Shown piece after piece: positions 1-10,650 of a stretch of 64,000 bases of DNA. The position numbers were made by a program, and so were the translations under genes. The stretch lies in NCBI GenBank assembly GCA_963808235.1, contig CAWEEQ010000004.1, positions 1,152,001-1,216,000 of the forward strand. The letters run 5' to 3'. Origin of the DNA: an uncultured delta proteobacterium (lineage in GTDB: Bacteria > Desulfobacterota > Binatia > Binatales > Binataceae). Each line of letters opens with the position of its first letter. The stretch's first letter is position 1. Under the pieces are notes generated by a model, which did no database searches, was not told the origin of the DNA, and saw only the letters and a program-made list of their open reading frames with translations.

Positions 1-58
1 TTGTCCAAGGAGAGCGTTAGGGAGAAGTTCCACGCCAGGCGCCTCGGGATTCGCGCAA

Positions 59-1696
59 TCAGCTCTTACGCCGACTCCGATACCTTCGAATCAGCGCGTT
101 CGTTGAGCTGTCGTGCGCTAGAGGGGGCTCGGCGGCGGATTCCAGCTCGGGAATGATCTTTTGCGCGAGCACCTTGCCTAGCTCTACGCCCCATTGATCG
201 AACGAGTCGATATTCCAGACAGTTCCCTGCGTGAAGACGCTGTGTTCGTAGAGCGCGATCAGCTTGCCGAGCGTCTCGGGCGTCAGTTCGTCGGCTAGTA
301 TCACCGTCGAGGGACGATTGCCCTCGAATACGCGATGCGGCACGAGCCAATCTGGAGTTCCCTCGGCTTTGACTTGCTCCGGCGTTTTGCCGAACGCGAG
401 CGCCTCCGCCTGGGCGAAGATGTTGGAGAGCAGAAGATCATGATGCCGACCGAGACGATTCAGCGGCCGATTAAACCCGATGAAGTCGCACGGGATAATT
501 TTCGTGCCCTGATGGATCAGTTGATAAAACGAATGCTGCCCGTTGGTGCCGGGCTCACCCCAATAAATCGGCCCGGTCTGATACTCGATCGGCGCGCCTT
601 CGAGCGTAACGTGCTTGCCGTTCGATTCCATCGTGAGTTGTTGCAAATAGGCGGGGAAGCGTTTCAGGTATTGTTCGTAAGGCAGCACGGCAACGGTTTG
701 CGCGCCGAAAAAGTCGTTGTACCAGACTCCGAGCAGACCCATCAGGACGGGCAGATTTCTATCGAAGGGCGCGGTGCGGAAGTGCTCGTCGATAGCGTGG
801 AATCCGGCGAGCATCGCGCGGAAATTGTCGGCGCCCACCGCGATCATCGTGGACAGTCCAATCGCGGAGTCCATCGAGTAGCGGCCGCCGACCCAATCCC
901 AGAAGCCGAACATGTTTTTCGTGTCGATGCCGAACTTCGTCACCTCGGCCGCATTTGTCGAGACCGCGACGAAATGTTTGGCCACCGACTTATTGTCGCG
1001 GAGCGCGGCCAGGCTCCAATCGCGCGCCGTGTGCGCGTTGGTCATGGTTTCCAAAGTGGTGAAGGTTTTCGACGAAACGATGAACAGGGTTTCCGCGGGA
1101 TCCAGGTCGCGCGTGGCCTCGGCGAAATCGGTCCCGTCGACATTGGACACGAAGCGCATCGTGAGCGAGCGATCGCTGAAGTGCCGAAGCGCTTCGTATG
1201 CCATCACCGGCCCAAGATCCGAGCCGCCAATTCCGATGTTGATCACGTTGCGGATTCGTTTGCCGGTGTGACCGGTCCAGGAGCCGTCGCGGATGCGCGC
1301 GGAAAACGCCGCCATCCGATCGAGCACCTCGTGAACCGCCGGCACTACGTTCTCGCCGTCGACGACGATTGAAGCGCCGCGCGGCGCGCGGAGCGCGACA
1401 TGCAACACCGCGCGCTTCTCGGTCACGTTTATCTTGTCACCGCGAAACATCGCGTCGATTCGCGCGCGCAAGCCAACGTCTTCAGCTAGCGCGAGCAGCA
1501 GCCGTAGCGTTTCATCGGTTACCCGATGCTTCGAATAGTCGAAATAAAGCCCGGCGGCATCGACCGTGAGACGCTCGCCGCGCTTCGGATCTTCAGAAAA
1601 CAGAGTTCTCAGGTGCCGGTTATGAATTTGATTGTAATGCGCCTGCAGCGCCTTCCACGCAGGGCGTTCGGTAAGGGCGGGTGTCGATGCGGGCAT
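59..1696 (-). CDS. pgi: glucose-6-phosphate isomerase
   Basis: 545 aa; [28 protein letters not shown] and DQWGVELGK motifs; AAGGAGG RBS upstream. Confidence 0.97.
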   Translation of the reverse strand: MPASTPALTERPAWKALQAHYNQIHNRHLRTLFSEDPKRGERLTVDAAGLYFDYSKHRVTDETLRLLLALAEDVGLRARIDAMFRGDKINVTEKRAVLHVALRAPRGASIVVDGENVVPAVHEVLDRMAAFSARIRDGSWTGHTGKRIRNVINIGIGGSDLGPVMAYEALRHFSDRSLTMRFVSNVDGTDFAEATRDLDPAETLFIVSSKTFTTLETMTNAHTARDWSLAALRDNKSVAKHFVAVSTNAAEVTKFGIDTKNMFGFWDWVGGRYSMDSAIGLSTMIAVGADNFRAMLAGFHAIDEHFRTAPFDRNLPVLMGLLGVWYNDFFGAQTVAVLPYEQYLKRFPAYLQQLTMESNGKHVTLEGAPIEYQTGPIYWGEPGTNGQHSFYQLIHQGTKIIPCDFIGFNRPLNRLGRHHDLLLSNIFAQAEALAFGKTPEQVKAEGTPDWLVPHRVFEGNRPSTVILADELTPETLGKLIALYEHSVFTQGTVWNIDSFDQWGVELGKVLAQKIIPELESAAEPPLAHDSSTNALIRRYRSRRKS

Positions 1697-1708
1697 GACG
1701 GCCTCCTT

Positions 1709-2584
1709 TTATAATTGCGGCGCCGACGGAATCCGGACGGCAAGGTGACCCTGAAGGTCACCAGCCTGCACCGGCGCGAGACCGCGCGGCGCAAGCATAC
1801 GGAACATGATTAGCGCGCCCGGCACCAGGTAGAAAAGAGAACCGGGCACCCACATGATCGCGCCGGCGACAATCTGATCGCCGAGCGGCGTGAAGCCTGC
1901 GACGCGCGGCATCGTCGCATAGATCGGATAAATCAGGCGATCGGAAAACATGAACATCGCGGCGAGGATCGTGTTCTGCCCGTCGCTAAGAAGCAGGTAC
2001 AGAATCATCGCCCAGCGCGGCCATCGCGGGACGCTCGGCCATGGTTGGATGACAGGGTACCAGTACATAAGCGCGGTCACGAAAAAACATCCGTGCTCGA
2101 CCACGTGCCATCGTTCAGATCGGATCGCGAGCTGAAAAAATGATGGCAGGTGCCAGACCCAAAACGCCACCGAGAAAGCGAACCAACACACGAGCGGATG
2201 AGTCAGCCGTGCGAAGACTCGGCGGACCACGCTCGAGCGCATCGCGGGCCCGAGTACTAACTTGGCGAGAGCCGGCGGCATCGCGCGAACAAAAACAATC
2301 GCGGGCGCGCCGGCCAGCAGCAGAGTCGGCGCGACGAGCATCAGGATCAGATGCTGCGTCATGTGAACTTGGAGAAGTCGATCGTCAAACTCTTCGAGCG
2401 GCGAAGCGACCGCGACCAACAACGTCGCGACTCCCGCGATGAAAGCAGTCAGCCGCCAATTCGGAAAACGACCTGGCATCTGATGATGCAGTCGGCGGAA
2501 ACCGCGAACGTAGATTGCGGCGGCGACGAGCAGCATCGAAGTCGTGCCGAGCGGGGGCGTCCATGATTCGAGTATTGGCGCCAT
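1709..2584 (-). CDS. ctaG: caa3-type cytochrome c oxidase assembly factor (CtaG/Caa3_CtaG family)
   Basis: Polytopic membrane protein with HMTQH, WVWH, HVVEH and DQIVAGAIMWVPG motifs; lies in the oxidase operon. Confidence 0.88.
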   Translation of the reverse strand: MAPILESWTPPLGTTSMLLVAAAIYVRGFRRLHHQMPGRFPNWRLTAFIAGVATLLVAVASPLEEFDDRLLQVHMTQHLILMLVAPTLLLAGAPAIVFVRAMPPALAKLVLGPAMRSSVVRRVFARLTHPLVCWFAFSVAFWVWHLPSFFQLAIRSERWHVVEHGCFFVTALMYWYPVIQPWPSVPRWPRWAMILYLLLSDGQNTILAAMFMFSDRLIYPIYATMPRVAGFTPLGDQIVAGAIMWVPGSLFYLVPGALIMFRMLAPRGLAPVQAGDLQGHLAVRIPSAPQL

Positions 2585-4101
2585 CAGAAATTCGTGCCAA
2601 CCCTTGCCGAGTCGTGCGCGGGAGGTTCACCGCGCGGATGCATCGTCGCGAGGAACGCGACGATCGCGTTGACTTCCGCGGGGCTCAGGTTTTTGCCGTA
2701 GGCCGGCATGTTCCCGCCGCCCTGGATTATTTGCCGGACGATCTGGTCGTGCGTTAATCGCGTCGCGGTGTTGTCGAGCGCGGGGCCGCGCAGTCCGCCG
2801 GCGCCGCCGAGCGAATGACAGTTGCGGCATTGTTTGTTTTGGATCAGGAGCGCGCCTTGCAGTTCGAGCGGGGAGCGGCCTTTGAGGTCGTCGACCGGAG
2901 TGGGCGCGCTGCTCCATGCGTCCATCACCGGCGACCATGGTGAGAAAGTGCCGAGCCAGGTCAGGGTGCCGATTGCGGTCACGATCAGGATGACGAACAC
3001 GACCGAGATCGGACGCCTGCGCCAGCTTTTCTCGCCGGTGCCTGAAATGAAGGGTAGGGCGAAGAGCAATCCGATGACGACCGGCGGACCGGCCAGCATC
3101 AGAAATGTTTCCGTCCATGGAGGCAGGAGCGCGAACAGCGAGAATAGCCAGAGGAAGAAAAGGTCGGGGCGCGGAACGGTTTGAATGATCGTGGGATCAG
3201 GCTGCCCGTTGGGCCCGATTGGACCGGCTATCGCCGCGACCACGAGCAGGCTCGCGATTATCAGACCGGCGAAGACGAGGTCCTTTTGCGCCGCGTAGGG
3301 CATGAACGGCTCGCCGTCGGCGCGTACCAATTCCTGGTACTGGTGGAGATAGGTGTCGCGTCTGACAATTCGACCCGGCATCGGCCATTCGTTTATTCCG
3401 AGCCGCAGTACGAGGAAGAGATGCAGGCCGACGAACCCGATCAGCAATCCCGGAATCACGAAAACGTGGAGCGCGAAAAATCGCGAAAGGGTCTCGCCCG
3501 CGATGATCGGGCCGCCCAGCAGCAGGTGCACGATCTTGAAGCCGACAATCGGGAAGCGCCCGGCGATCGACGCGCCAATGCCGAGACCCCAGTATGCGTT
3601 CTGATCGAAGCGGAGAACCTGGCCGGTGAACGCCATTCCCAGCGTGCACAGCAGCAGCACGCATCCCGCGAGCCAGGTCAGCTCGCGCGGATATTTATAT
3701 GCGCCGAACAGAACCACCTGGATCAGATGCGCGAACATCAGCGCGACCATGAAGTTCGAGCCCCATCCGTGCAGCGCGCGCAGATACCATCCGAGCGGCT
3801 GCTGGTAATTGAGATAGATCAGGCTGTCCCATGCGCGATCCGCGGCGGGAGTGTAAACGGTCGCGAGACAGATGCCGGTGACCACCTGCAGAATGAAGAC
3901 GACCAGGGTGGCGCTGCCGAATACATACCACCAGCTCGCTGAGCTGCGCGGCACCGGATGCTCCGCGACTTCGGCCAGCGTCGAGCCGATCTGAACTCGC
4001 GCATCGATCCATCTGCCGATCGCTTTGAGAGTAGCCGCGCTAGCCTGACGGGAAAGCCGGTCCGCGCGGCGAAACCGCTCCATCATGCTTCGCACTGTCA
4101 T
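2584..4101 (-). CDS. qcrB: cytochrome b of a Rieske/cyt b complex with fused C-terminal cytochrome c
   Basis: Four heme b His (LHGWG..FAHL, ALHVF..GLHL), YPRELTW, C-terminal CRNCH..MP; start placed at the ATG overlapping the Rieske stop (ATGA, 4098-4101). Confidence 0.93.
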   Translation of the reverse strand: MTVRSMMERFRRADRLSRQASAATLKAIGRWIDARVQIGSTLAEVAEHPVPRSSASWWYVFGSATLVVFILQVVTGICLATVYTPAADRAWDSLIYLNYQQPLGWYLRALHGWGSNFMVALMFAHLIQVVLFGAYKYPRELTWLAGCVLLLCTLGMAFTGQVLRFDQNAYWGLGIGASIAGRFPIVGFKIVHLLLGGPIIAGETLSRFFALHVFVIPGLLIGFVGLHLFLVLRLGINEWPMPGRIVRRDTYLHQYQELVRADGEPFMPYAAQKDLVFAGLIIASLLVVAAIAGPIGPNGQPDPTIIQTVPRPDLFFLWLFSLFALLPPWTETFLMLAGPPVVIGLLFALPFISGTGEKSWRRRPISVVFVILIVTAIGTLTWLGTFSPWSPVMDAWSSAPTPVDDLKGRSPLELQGALLIQNKQCRNCHSLGGAGGLRGPALDNTATRLTHDQIVRQIIQGGGNMPAYGKNLSPAEVNAIVAFLATMHPRGEPPAHDSARVGTNF

Positions 4102-4607
4102 ACTTCGGGCTTGCCGAGGGTTGGCAATTCGCCGGCGCGAACCCACAGCCGGCCCTTCTCGACCTTGTATTTATATTGATAGAGCGAACGCGGCGGCGGC
4201 CCCGAGGCGTGCCTGCCATCGGCATAAAATACGCCGCCATGACATGGGCACATGAACAGTTCCGATTCCGCGAACCATCGCACTGGGCATCCGAGATGGG
4301 TGCAGTTGATCGCGAAGACCTGGAACGTATCGCCCGACATCCGGCGCACCCAACACGGAATTTTGGCGGTCTCGCCGTCCCATGCTTTCTTGAACGGGTT
4401 TACATACTCAGCCAGCCGCGTTTGATGTTCCGGATAGTCAGTGAGAGGTCCAAGCGGTATCCAATCCAGCCAGGTGAAGCGGCGCGCGGGAGACAGGACA
4501 TAGCCGAGGATCGGGATCGCGAAGATAGTCACAGCGATCGCGTTGATAACCAGTCCGAACCGAAACAGGAACGTGCGCCGCGATGTTTTTTCGGGTGACT
4601 GATCCAT
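4098..4607 (-). CDS. qcrA: Rieske 2Fe-2S protein of quinol:cytochrome c oxidoreductase
   Basis: Tat motif SRRTFL plus TM helix; CTHLGC and CPCHGG boxes; GPPPRSL. Confidence 0.93.
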   Translation of the reverse strand: MDQSPEKTSRRTFLFRFGLVINAIAVTIFAIPILGYVLSPARRFTWLDWIPLGPLTDYPEHQTRLAEYVNPFKKAWDGETAKIPCWVRRMSGDTFQVFAINCTHLGCPVRWFAESELFMCPCHGGVFYADGRHASGPPPRSLYQYKYKVEKGRLWVRAGELPTLGKPEV

Positions 4608-4878
4608 AAGGGCCGCGATTCGGCTTGAGCTTGATGGCTAATTTACGACGAGTCCACGCAGAAACCCAACAGGTTTTCCAACCGTGCGTGGATTCAATCA
4701 GAAGAGACGCTCAGCTTCGCTCGGGGTTGCGGAAAGAGAAAAGAAAGAGCATCGCGTCGCGGAGGTCCTTCGACTTCGCTGAACTGGGATTGCGACCGGT
4801 GCCGTTGTTAAGTTATGGACCTTTCTCATTACGTGGGGAGGCGAAGAGTCGGTACAGACCGGCGCATGGATACCAGAT

Positions 4879-5442
4879 ATGACACACAGAATTTGTGCCC
4901 CGGCGTCTTTGCGATTCGTCACCATTCTCGTGTTTCTGATTTCCGTTGGCTCCGTGGTTGCCGCTCAGCCGAGTGGCCTTCGGCCCTTGCCGGCACCGGT
5001 GGTTTCGCAGGCGCCTGGAATACGTCTGTTCGGGAAGGGCCGCCACACGTGGTGGGGCATCCAGATGTACGACGCGACGTTATGGATAGTCGGCCCGCGA
5101 TGGTCTGCGGCGCAGCCGCATGCGCTCGATATCGAGCCGAACCGAGCGGTTTCCTCCGACATTTTGGTGAAGAACGCGATTACCGAGATGCGCGATCTCA
5201 AGGTTGGCGACGAGCGCAAACTTCGAGTATGGCAGGAGGAATTGAAGAAGGTTATTCCCAACGTTCAGCAAGGCGATCAGGTCGTCATCTTCTGCTCGGA
5301 CAGCAACCAGACCATTGCGTATTTGAACGGTTCGAGGACCGGCCAGGTTGACGACCCGTCATTCTGCCCGGCGGTCATGAGCGTGTGGCTTCATCCGCAA
5401 ACCAAGCATCAGTCGATGCGCAAATCGCTGCTCGGACAGTAA
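4879..5442 (+). CDS. exported chalcone-isomerase-fold protein
   Basis: Signal-like N-terminus; GKG..WWG.QMYDATLW, DP.FC.AVMSVWL.PQT...MRKSLLG pattern typical of bacterial Chalcone_3-type proteins. Confidence 0.7.
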   Translation: MTHRICAPASLRFVTILVFLISVGSVVAAQPSGLRPLPAPVVSQAPGIRLFGKGRHTWWGIQMYDATLWIVGPRWSAAQPHALDIEPNRAVSSDILVKNAITEMRDLKVGDERKLRVWQEELKKVIPNVQQGDQVVIFCSDSNQTIAYLNGSRTGQVDDPSFCPAVMSVWLHPQTKHQSMRKSLLGQ

Positions 5443-5469
5443 TGGAAGGACGTCGCGTCCGGATACGTT

Positions 5470-6186
5470 CTAGTGACTCCGCGCTACGGGTCCGGGAGCT
5501 GGAGGACGCTTTGAGGCCAGCCATGCTACCAAGTCCGACACTTGAGCAGACTTCAGGGGTTGTCCGGAGGGGTATTGCTTCCAGCTGGGATGAGGCCAGT
5601 CGGGGCGGCCTGCGATTACGAGCGTGCGAAGATATTGGTCGCTGACGAGCGACAGGTAAGAGGCGTCGACGATCGATCCGGCGGCCGATCCGCCTTTGCC
5701 GTCGGCGCCGTGGCACGATTGGCAGTTGGCCGAATAGACCTGCGCGCCTCGATTCGGATCGCCTGAGTCCGTGCTCGCATATGATGGAGCGCCCTGCGCC
5801 GAGTTGGCGGGACCGGCCCACGTCTTGCGCATCGTGGCGATCAGAATGTCGATCTGTTTGTTGGTGAGAGAACCGCCGGCGCTCAGTGCAAACGGAGGCA
5901 TCGCGGTGCCGCGAACTCCGTCGGCGACTGCCCGACGTATCGAGGCGTCATCAGCGATCCCGAGATAATCGGGATTGTTGAGAGCGATCGCGGCGCCGAA
6001 CTTGCCGTCGGCGCCATGGCATCCGGCGCAGTTCTCACCGTAGAGCTGCGAGAAATCGGTAATCGCCGAGGGGCGCAGAGGAACGTCGGCTGGCTTGGGG
6101 CGTCCGGGGAGCGAGTCGCAACCGGTGAGCATGATTGTCGCAAGCAGCGCGATCGCCAGCCGCGATTTAATCGGGCGCGAGGTCAC
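5470..6186 (-). CDS. diheme cytochrome c lipoprotein
   Basis: Lipobox LTGC; CAGCH and CQSCH heme motifs; operon context. Confidence 0.9.
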   Translation of the reverse strand: MTSRPIKSRLAIALLATIMLTGCDSLPGRPKPADVPLRPSAITDFSQLYGENCAGCHGADGKFGAAIALNNPDYLGIADDASIRRAVADGVRGTAMPPFALSAGGSLTNKQIDILIATMRKTWAGPANSAQGAPSYASTDSGDPNRGAQVYSANCQSCHGADGKGGSAAGSIVDASYLSLVSDQYLRTLVIAGRPDWPHPSWKQYPSGQPLKSAQVSDLVAWLASKRPPAPGPVARSH

Positions 6187-7034
6187 TAATGATCTCCGCG
6201 TTCTCTATCATCAGGTTTCGGGCCGAGACCGGGGGCTTCGATGCCGGTGCGAATTGCGAATGGGACATGCTGAAGCGTGTGGACTCGCTCAGTCAGGTTG
6301 ACGACGAAACCGGCGACGGCGCCGAACGCAATCTGACACAGGATGAACCATCGCCATTCGATGCGGGCGTCGAGGAGCGGATTTATCACGCTGAGCGAAG
6401 ACCAGAGCAGGCCGGTCCAGAGCAGCGGTGCGACAATCGCGGCCCAGAGCGCAGGGTAGCGCGGGAACATCGGAAGCATCACGCCGTAAAGCAGTCCGAC
6501 CAGTATCGATGCGATCGCGTGGATGACGAGGGCGGCAAAAAATGCCTCCGGAATAAACGATGAGAGCGTCGCGGTGTCGGCGTGGGCGAGATTCGCCATC
6601 GCAGTCGCGGCGAGGATATTGATCGTGTACCAGGGGCTTCCGTGAAGCGCGATGCCTTGCAGAATCGCAAGTATCGCCATCACGAGACCGCCCGCGATTC
6701 CGCCCTTGATACCGGCAGAGTAGGGGTAGATTTCGAGCGGGAGGACGGCACGATTACCCATCTGGCCTACGCGCAAGTAATCGACCTCGACTTTTGCGGG
6801 CACGATGACGTCCGGGGCAGGTTGAATCGCGACTGTCTCGCGATGTTCTAGAGGCAGCACTTCGCGGAACCATCCGACTGCGCCCGCCGCGGTGAGCACG
6901 ATACCGACAAAGCTGACCACGACGCTGGTGACGAGGCCCGCAAACGACAGCATTATGCCGAGCGCCATGATCATCGGCCACTCGGTCGAGGCGGGAACTT
7001 CGATTACTCTGTCGGTATTTTCCTCAATAGCCAT
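6186..7034 (-). CDS. membrane protein with oxidase subunit IV-like N-terminus
   Basis: N-terminal P..WP.-two-TM segment plus further TM helices; tightly packed in the oxidase operon. Confidence 0.65.
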   Translation of the reverse strand: MAIEENTDRVIEVPASTEWPMIMALGIMLSFAGLVTSVVVSFVGIVLTAAGAVGWFREVLPLEHRETVAIQPAPDVIVPAKVEVDYLRVGQMGNRAVLPLEIYPYSAGIKGGIAGGLVMAILAILQGIALHGSPWYTINILAATAMANLAHADTATLSSFIPEAFFAALVIHAIASILVGLLYGVMLPMFPRYPALWAAIVAPLLWTGLLWSSLSVINPLLDARIEWRWFILCQIAFGAVAGFVVNLTERVHTLQHVPFAIRTGIEAPGLGPKPDDRERGDH

Positions 7035-7043
7035 TGGTCCGGC

Positions 7044-7646
7044 TCAGCGGCCGATCACGTAGACAGTTATGAATACTACTACCCATACCGCATCGACGAA
7101 GTGCCAATACCATGAGAGAACATCGGTACGCTCGATGTGGCGACGATCCATGTAGCCCAGCGTAGTCAGAATCATTACGAGCAATATCAAAATGAGACCC
7201 ACCGTCACGTGGAGCGCGTGCAGGCCGACGAGTGAGTAATACGTCGTGCCGAAGAGATTGGTGCTGATGGTCAAGCCTTCGCGATAGATGAGGCGGCGCC
7301 ATTCGAGGGCGGTGCCGAGCATGAATTCGAGGCCGAGCGCGAACGTCACCAGCCACCAGATGCCGAAGGAGCGAATCGAGCCGCGTCGGAGCGCGCGAAC
7401 TGCCAGGACGATCGTGATGCTGCTCGAGAGCAGGCAGATGGTATTCACGATCGGCGGCGAGAGTACGTCTCTTGGATACGGACCGGTGAGGCTCTTGCCG
7501 ATGTAGAAGACGTAGGCGGCGACGAAGATCGAGAAGAATGCGGATTCGGTGAGGATCAGGGCGAGCACGCCGACTTTGCCCTTGTACGGCATCGTGAGTT
7601 TCCAATCCGATGGTGCGCCGCCAATTGTGGTCGGTGCTGCGGACAT
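7044..7646 (-). CDS. ctaE: cytochrome c oxidase subunit III
   Basis: ILTESAFF, NTICLLSSS, GLHALHV, YWHFVDAVW; GGAG upstream of ATG 7646. Confidence 0.93.
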   Translation of the reverse strand: MSAAPTTIGGAPSDWKLTMPYKGKVGVLALILTESAFFSIFVAAYVFYIGKSLTGPYPRDVLSPPIVNTICLLSSSITIVLAVRALRRGSIRSFGIWWLVTFALGLEFMLGTALEWRRLIYREGLTISTNLFGTTYYSLVGLHALHVTVGLILILLVMILTTLGYMDRRHIERTDVLSWYWHFVDAVWVVVFITVYVIGR

Positions 7647-7702
7647 CAAGAGGTGCTCCGTTGTGTTGGGGCGCATGCACATGGTGATGGATGCCGGGCT
7701 AA

Positions 7703-7737
7703 CCTAACCCCTAACCCCTTCCCTTGAGGGAAGGGGA
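7703..7737. repeat. REP-like palindromic element (CCTAACCCCTAACCCCTTCCC-N4-GGGAAGGGG)
   Basis: 9-bp GC-rich hairpin with CCCTAACCC leader; related copies at 39876-39907 and 43153-43179. Confidence 0.6.
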
Positions 7738-7851
7738 ACAATCGTAACGATTGTGCATGCGTCGCAGAATCCTCACCTGCCGGCCGCATTGCGGCCAGCC
7801 GCCTCTCCTGCGAAATAACGGGCGAGGTAGGGTGACGGAAAGGAATCGGGT

Positions 7852-9534
7852 TCATTCGTATCTCCAGTCGGGATCTTCCGGGTGTTTCAGGTCCCAGAGC
7901 GGGCGGCGGCTGCGGACGACTGGGGGTGTGGCGAAGTTGTATTCGGGTGGGGGCGAGGTCGTCGTCCATTCCAGCGTCCACGCGTCCCACGGGTCGTCGC
8001 CGGCTACTTTGCCGGAGCGGAGGGACTTCGCGACGTTGATGATCAGGATCAGTACGGCGACGCCTTGCAGGAGCGCGCCGATTGACTCGATGAGGTTAAG
8101 GGTGTCGAGGCCGCGGCCTGGCTGGTAGGTGTAGATGCGGCGCGGCATTCCTTGCATACCGGCGAAATGCATGGTGTCGAAGGTAAGATGGAAGCCGATC
8201 AGGAATAGCCAGAAGTGCCATTTGCCTAATCGTTCACTGAGCATTCGGCCAGTAGCCTTTGGGAACCAATAGTATATTGCGGCGAATATCATGAAGACGA
8301 TCGCGCCGACTAGTATGTAATGGAAGTGGGCGACTACGAAGTAAGTGTCGGTGAGTTGCCAATCGAATGGCGCGACGGCGAGCATGATGCCGGTCAGGCC
8401 AGCGATCAGAAACTGAAACAGAAAGGCGATGCTGAACAGCATCGGCACTTTGAAACGAATCTTTCCGCCCCAGATGGTGCCGAGCCAGTTGAAGATTTTT
8501 ATGCCGGTCGGCACGCCGACCAGCATCGTGGAGGTCGCGAAGAATGCGTTGCCGGCGGGGGTCATGCCGACCGAGAACATGTGATGCGCCCAGACGCTCA
8601 TGCTGATGAACGCGATCGCACACGAGGCGGCAACCATCACGTGGTAGCCAAAGATCACCTTGCGTGAGAATACCGGGATGATCTCGGAGGCGAAGCCGAA
8701 AGCCGGAAGGACAAGGATGTAGACCTCGGGATGGCCGAAAATCCAGAAGAAGTGCTGCCACAGGATCGCGGAGCCGCCGGCCTGGGTGTCGAAGAAGTGT
8801 GCGCCGAGGAAACGATCTAGGAGGAGCATCGCCTGCGCGGCGGAAAGCGGCGGCAGCGCGATCAGCATCATGAAGGACACCACCAGCGAGAGCCACACCA
8901 GCACCGGCATCTTGGTGAGGGTCATTCCCTCGCATCGCATCGAGAAGGTCGTGGCGATGAGATTGATCGCGGTCGCGGTCGAACCGACGCTCGTCAGAAA
9001 GATACTCAGTATCCAATAGTCAGTGCTGTTGCCGCGCGAGAAGGCGCGCTCGGTGAGTGGTGCGTACGCGAACCATCCGACGTCGGGCGCGCTGCCCGCG
9101 CCGTATAGGCCGTCGCCGGCTACATAGCTGAAGTAAATGAGCAGTGCGCCGAAGAACCATAGCCAGAAGCCGAATGCGTTGAGCCTCGGGAAGGCGAGAT
9201 CGCGCGCACCGATCATCAGCGGGACCAGGTAGTTGAACAACCCGGTCAGGATCGGCATCCCGACCAGGAAGACCATCGCGGTACCGTGCATCGTGAGCAG
9301 GCGGTTGAAGACCTCGGGCGGCACGATGCCGGCATTGGGGATGGCGAGTTGCAGGCGAATCGTCATTGCCTGTAGGCCCGCGACCACGAAGAAGAACAGG
9401 CCGCAGCCGATATACATCAGGCCGAGGCGCTTGTGATCGACGGTGACGACCCATCCGTGGACTTTGCCGAGGATCGGCAGCGCGCGCAGATCGTCGGCGC
9501 TGAGTGCGATCTCGTGTTCGATGCTGCCTGCCAT
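7852..9534 (-). CDS. ctaD: cytochrome c oxidase subunit I (type A1)
   Basis: GHPEVY, WAHH, VAHFHY, PTGIK and MPRR motifs. Confidence 0.97.
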   Translation of the reverse strand: MAGSIEHEIALSADDLRALPILGKVHGWVVTVDHKRLGLMYIGCGLFFFVVAGLQAMTIRLQLAIPNAGIVPPEVFNRLLTMHGTAMVFLVGMPILTGLFNYLVPLMIGARDLAFPRLNAFGFWLWFFGALLIYFSYVAGDGLYGAGSAPDVGWFAYAPLTERAFSRGNSTDYWILSIFLTSVGSTATAINLIATTFSMRCEGMTLTKMPVLVWLSLVVSFMMLIALPPLSAAQAMLLLDRFLGAHFFDTQAGGSAILWQHFFWIFGHPEVYILVLPAFGFASEIIPVFSRKVIFGYHVMVAASCAIAFISMSVWAHHMFSVGMTPAGNAFFATSTMLVGVPTGIKIFNWLGTIWGGKIRFKVPMLFSIAFLFQFLIAGLTGIMLAVAPFDWQLTDTYFVVAHFHYILVGAIVFMIFAAIYYWFPKATGRMLSERLGKWHFWLFLIGFHLTFDTMHFAGMQGMPRRIYTYQPGRGLDTLNLIESIGALLQGVAVLILIINVAKSLRSGKVAGDDPWDAWTLEWTTTSPPPEYNFATPPVVRSRRPLWDLKHPEDPDWRYE

Positions 9535-9552
9535 TGCGGGATGTGCCTGCGC

Positions 9553-10650
9553 TCAGCGGAGCGTTGCCAGGTAGGCAACGAGGTCGTCGAGATCCTTGTC
9601 GTCGAGATTCATCGCGGGCATCAGCGCGCCCGGCTTCATCCGAGACGGATCGCTCACCCAGATTTTCAGGTGCGCGGGAGTATTCATCGCTACCCCGGCG
9701 CCGATCGTCTCACGCGCCATCAGGTGCGTGAGGTCGGGACCGAAGCGGCCGTCAGCCGCGGTGCCGCGAATGGTGTGGCAGCTAACACAAGCGGTGGACT
9801 CGAAGACCGCGCGGCCGTGCGACGCCGACGCGTCGAGTGCTGGCGGCTGCTTCTGTGCGGCTGCCCAGCGCTGAAAATCGGCGTGCGGCTCGACGACGAC
9901 GCGGAGCAGCATCATGGCGTGCTCGGTTCCGCAGTACTCGCCGCATTGTCCGAGATAGGTTCCCGCGACTTGCGGATCTATCCACATGGAATTTTTTTTG
10001 TTCGGGATCACGTCGGTCTTGCCTGCCAGGCGCGGCACCCAGAAGCTGTGCGCGACGTTGGCGGACTCGAGCTCGAGGAAGGTCGGCGTGGGACTCTGCG
10101 GATCGCTCAGCGGGACATGAAGCTCGTTGGCGGTGACGATGCCGAGACCGGGGTATCGGAACTCCCACCACCATTGATGTGCGATCACGCGGACACTGAG
10201 CGCTCCGGGCGGGCGGGGCGCGGCCTGGACGACGTAAATAGTCCGCGCCGTGACCAGGATGAGGACGAATACAATGATGATGGGCACCGTCGTCCACGCG
10301 AATTCGATCGGGTTGCTGCCGTAGACCTGGGGCGGTTCGCGGCCGTCGTCTCCGGGGCGCGCTCGAAAGCGAACCACGCTATAGGCGAGCAATCCCGCCA
10401 CGATCAGAAAGATCACGGCGGTTATGGCGATGACGAAGAATGCGACCGTGTCGATCTCGCGAGCGGGGGTCGAGACAGGATTGAAGATGCTGCTCGGAGG
10501 AATTTTCGCGTTGGAATCGCCCATCCCCCAATCGTTGGCGAATGCGGGAATTGGAGCGGCGACGAGGAGGGCGACCGTCACGCACAAGCGTTTGCTCCAA
10601 CGTTTCGTGAGTGCGGACAAATTTCTTTCGAGCCGCGACGTTGAGTGCAT
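9553..10650 (-). CDS. ctaC: cytochrome c oxidase subunit II with fused cytochrome c (caa3-type)
   Basis: HQWWWEF, HSFW, CuA motif CGEYCGTEHAMM, C-terminal CVSCH. Confidence 0.96.
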   Translation of the reverse strand: MHSTSRLERNLSALTKRWSKRLCVTVALLVAAPIPAFANDWGMGDSNAKIPPSSIFNPVSTPAREIDTVAFFVIAITAVIFLIVAGLLAYSVVRFRARPGDDGREPPQVYGSNPIEFAWTTVPIIIVFVLILVTARTIYVVQAAPRPPGALSVRVIAHQWWWEFRYPGLGIVTANELHVPLSDPQSPTPTFLELESANVAHSFWVPRLAGKTDVIPNKKNSMWIDPQVAGTYLGQCGEYCGTEHAMMLLRVVVEPHADFQRWAAAQKQPPALDASASHGRAVFESTACVSCHTIRGTAADGRFGPDLTHLMARETIGAGVAMNTPAHLKIWVSDPSRMKPGALMPAMNLDDKDLDDLVAYLATLR

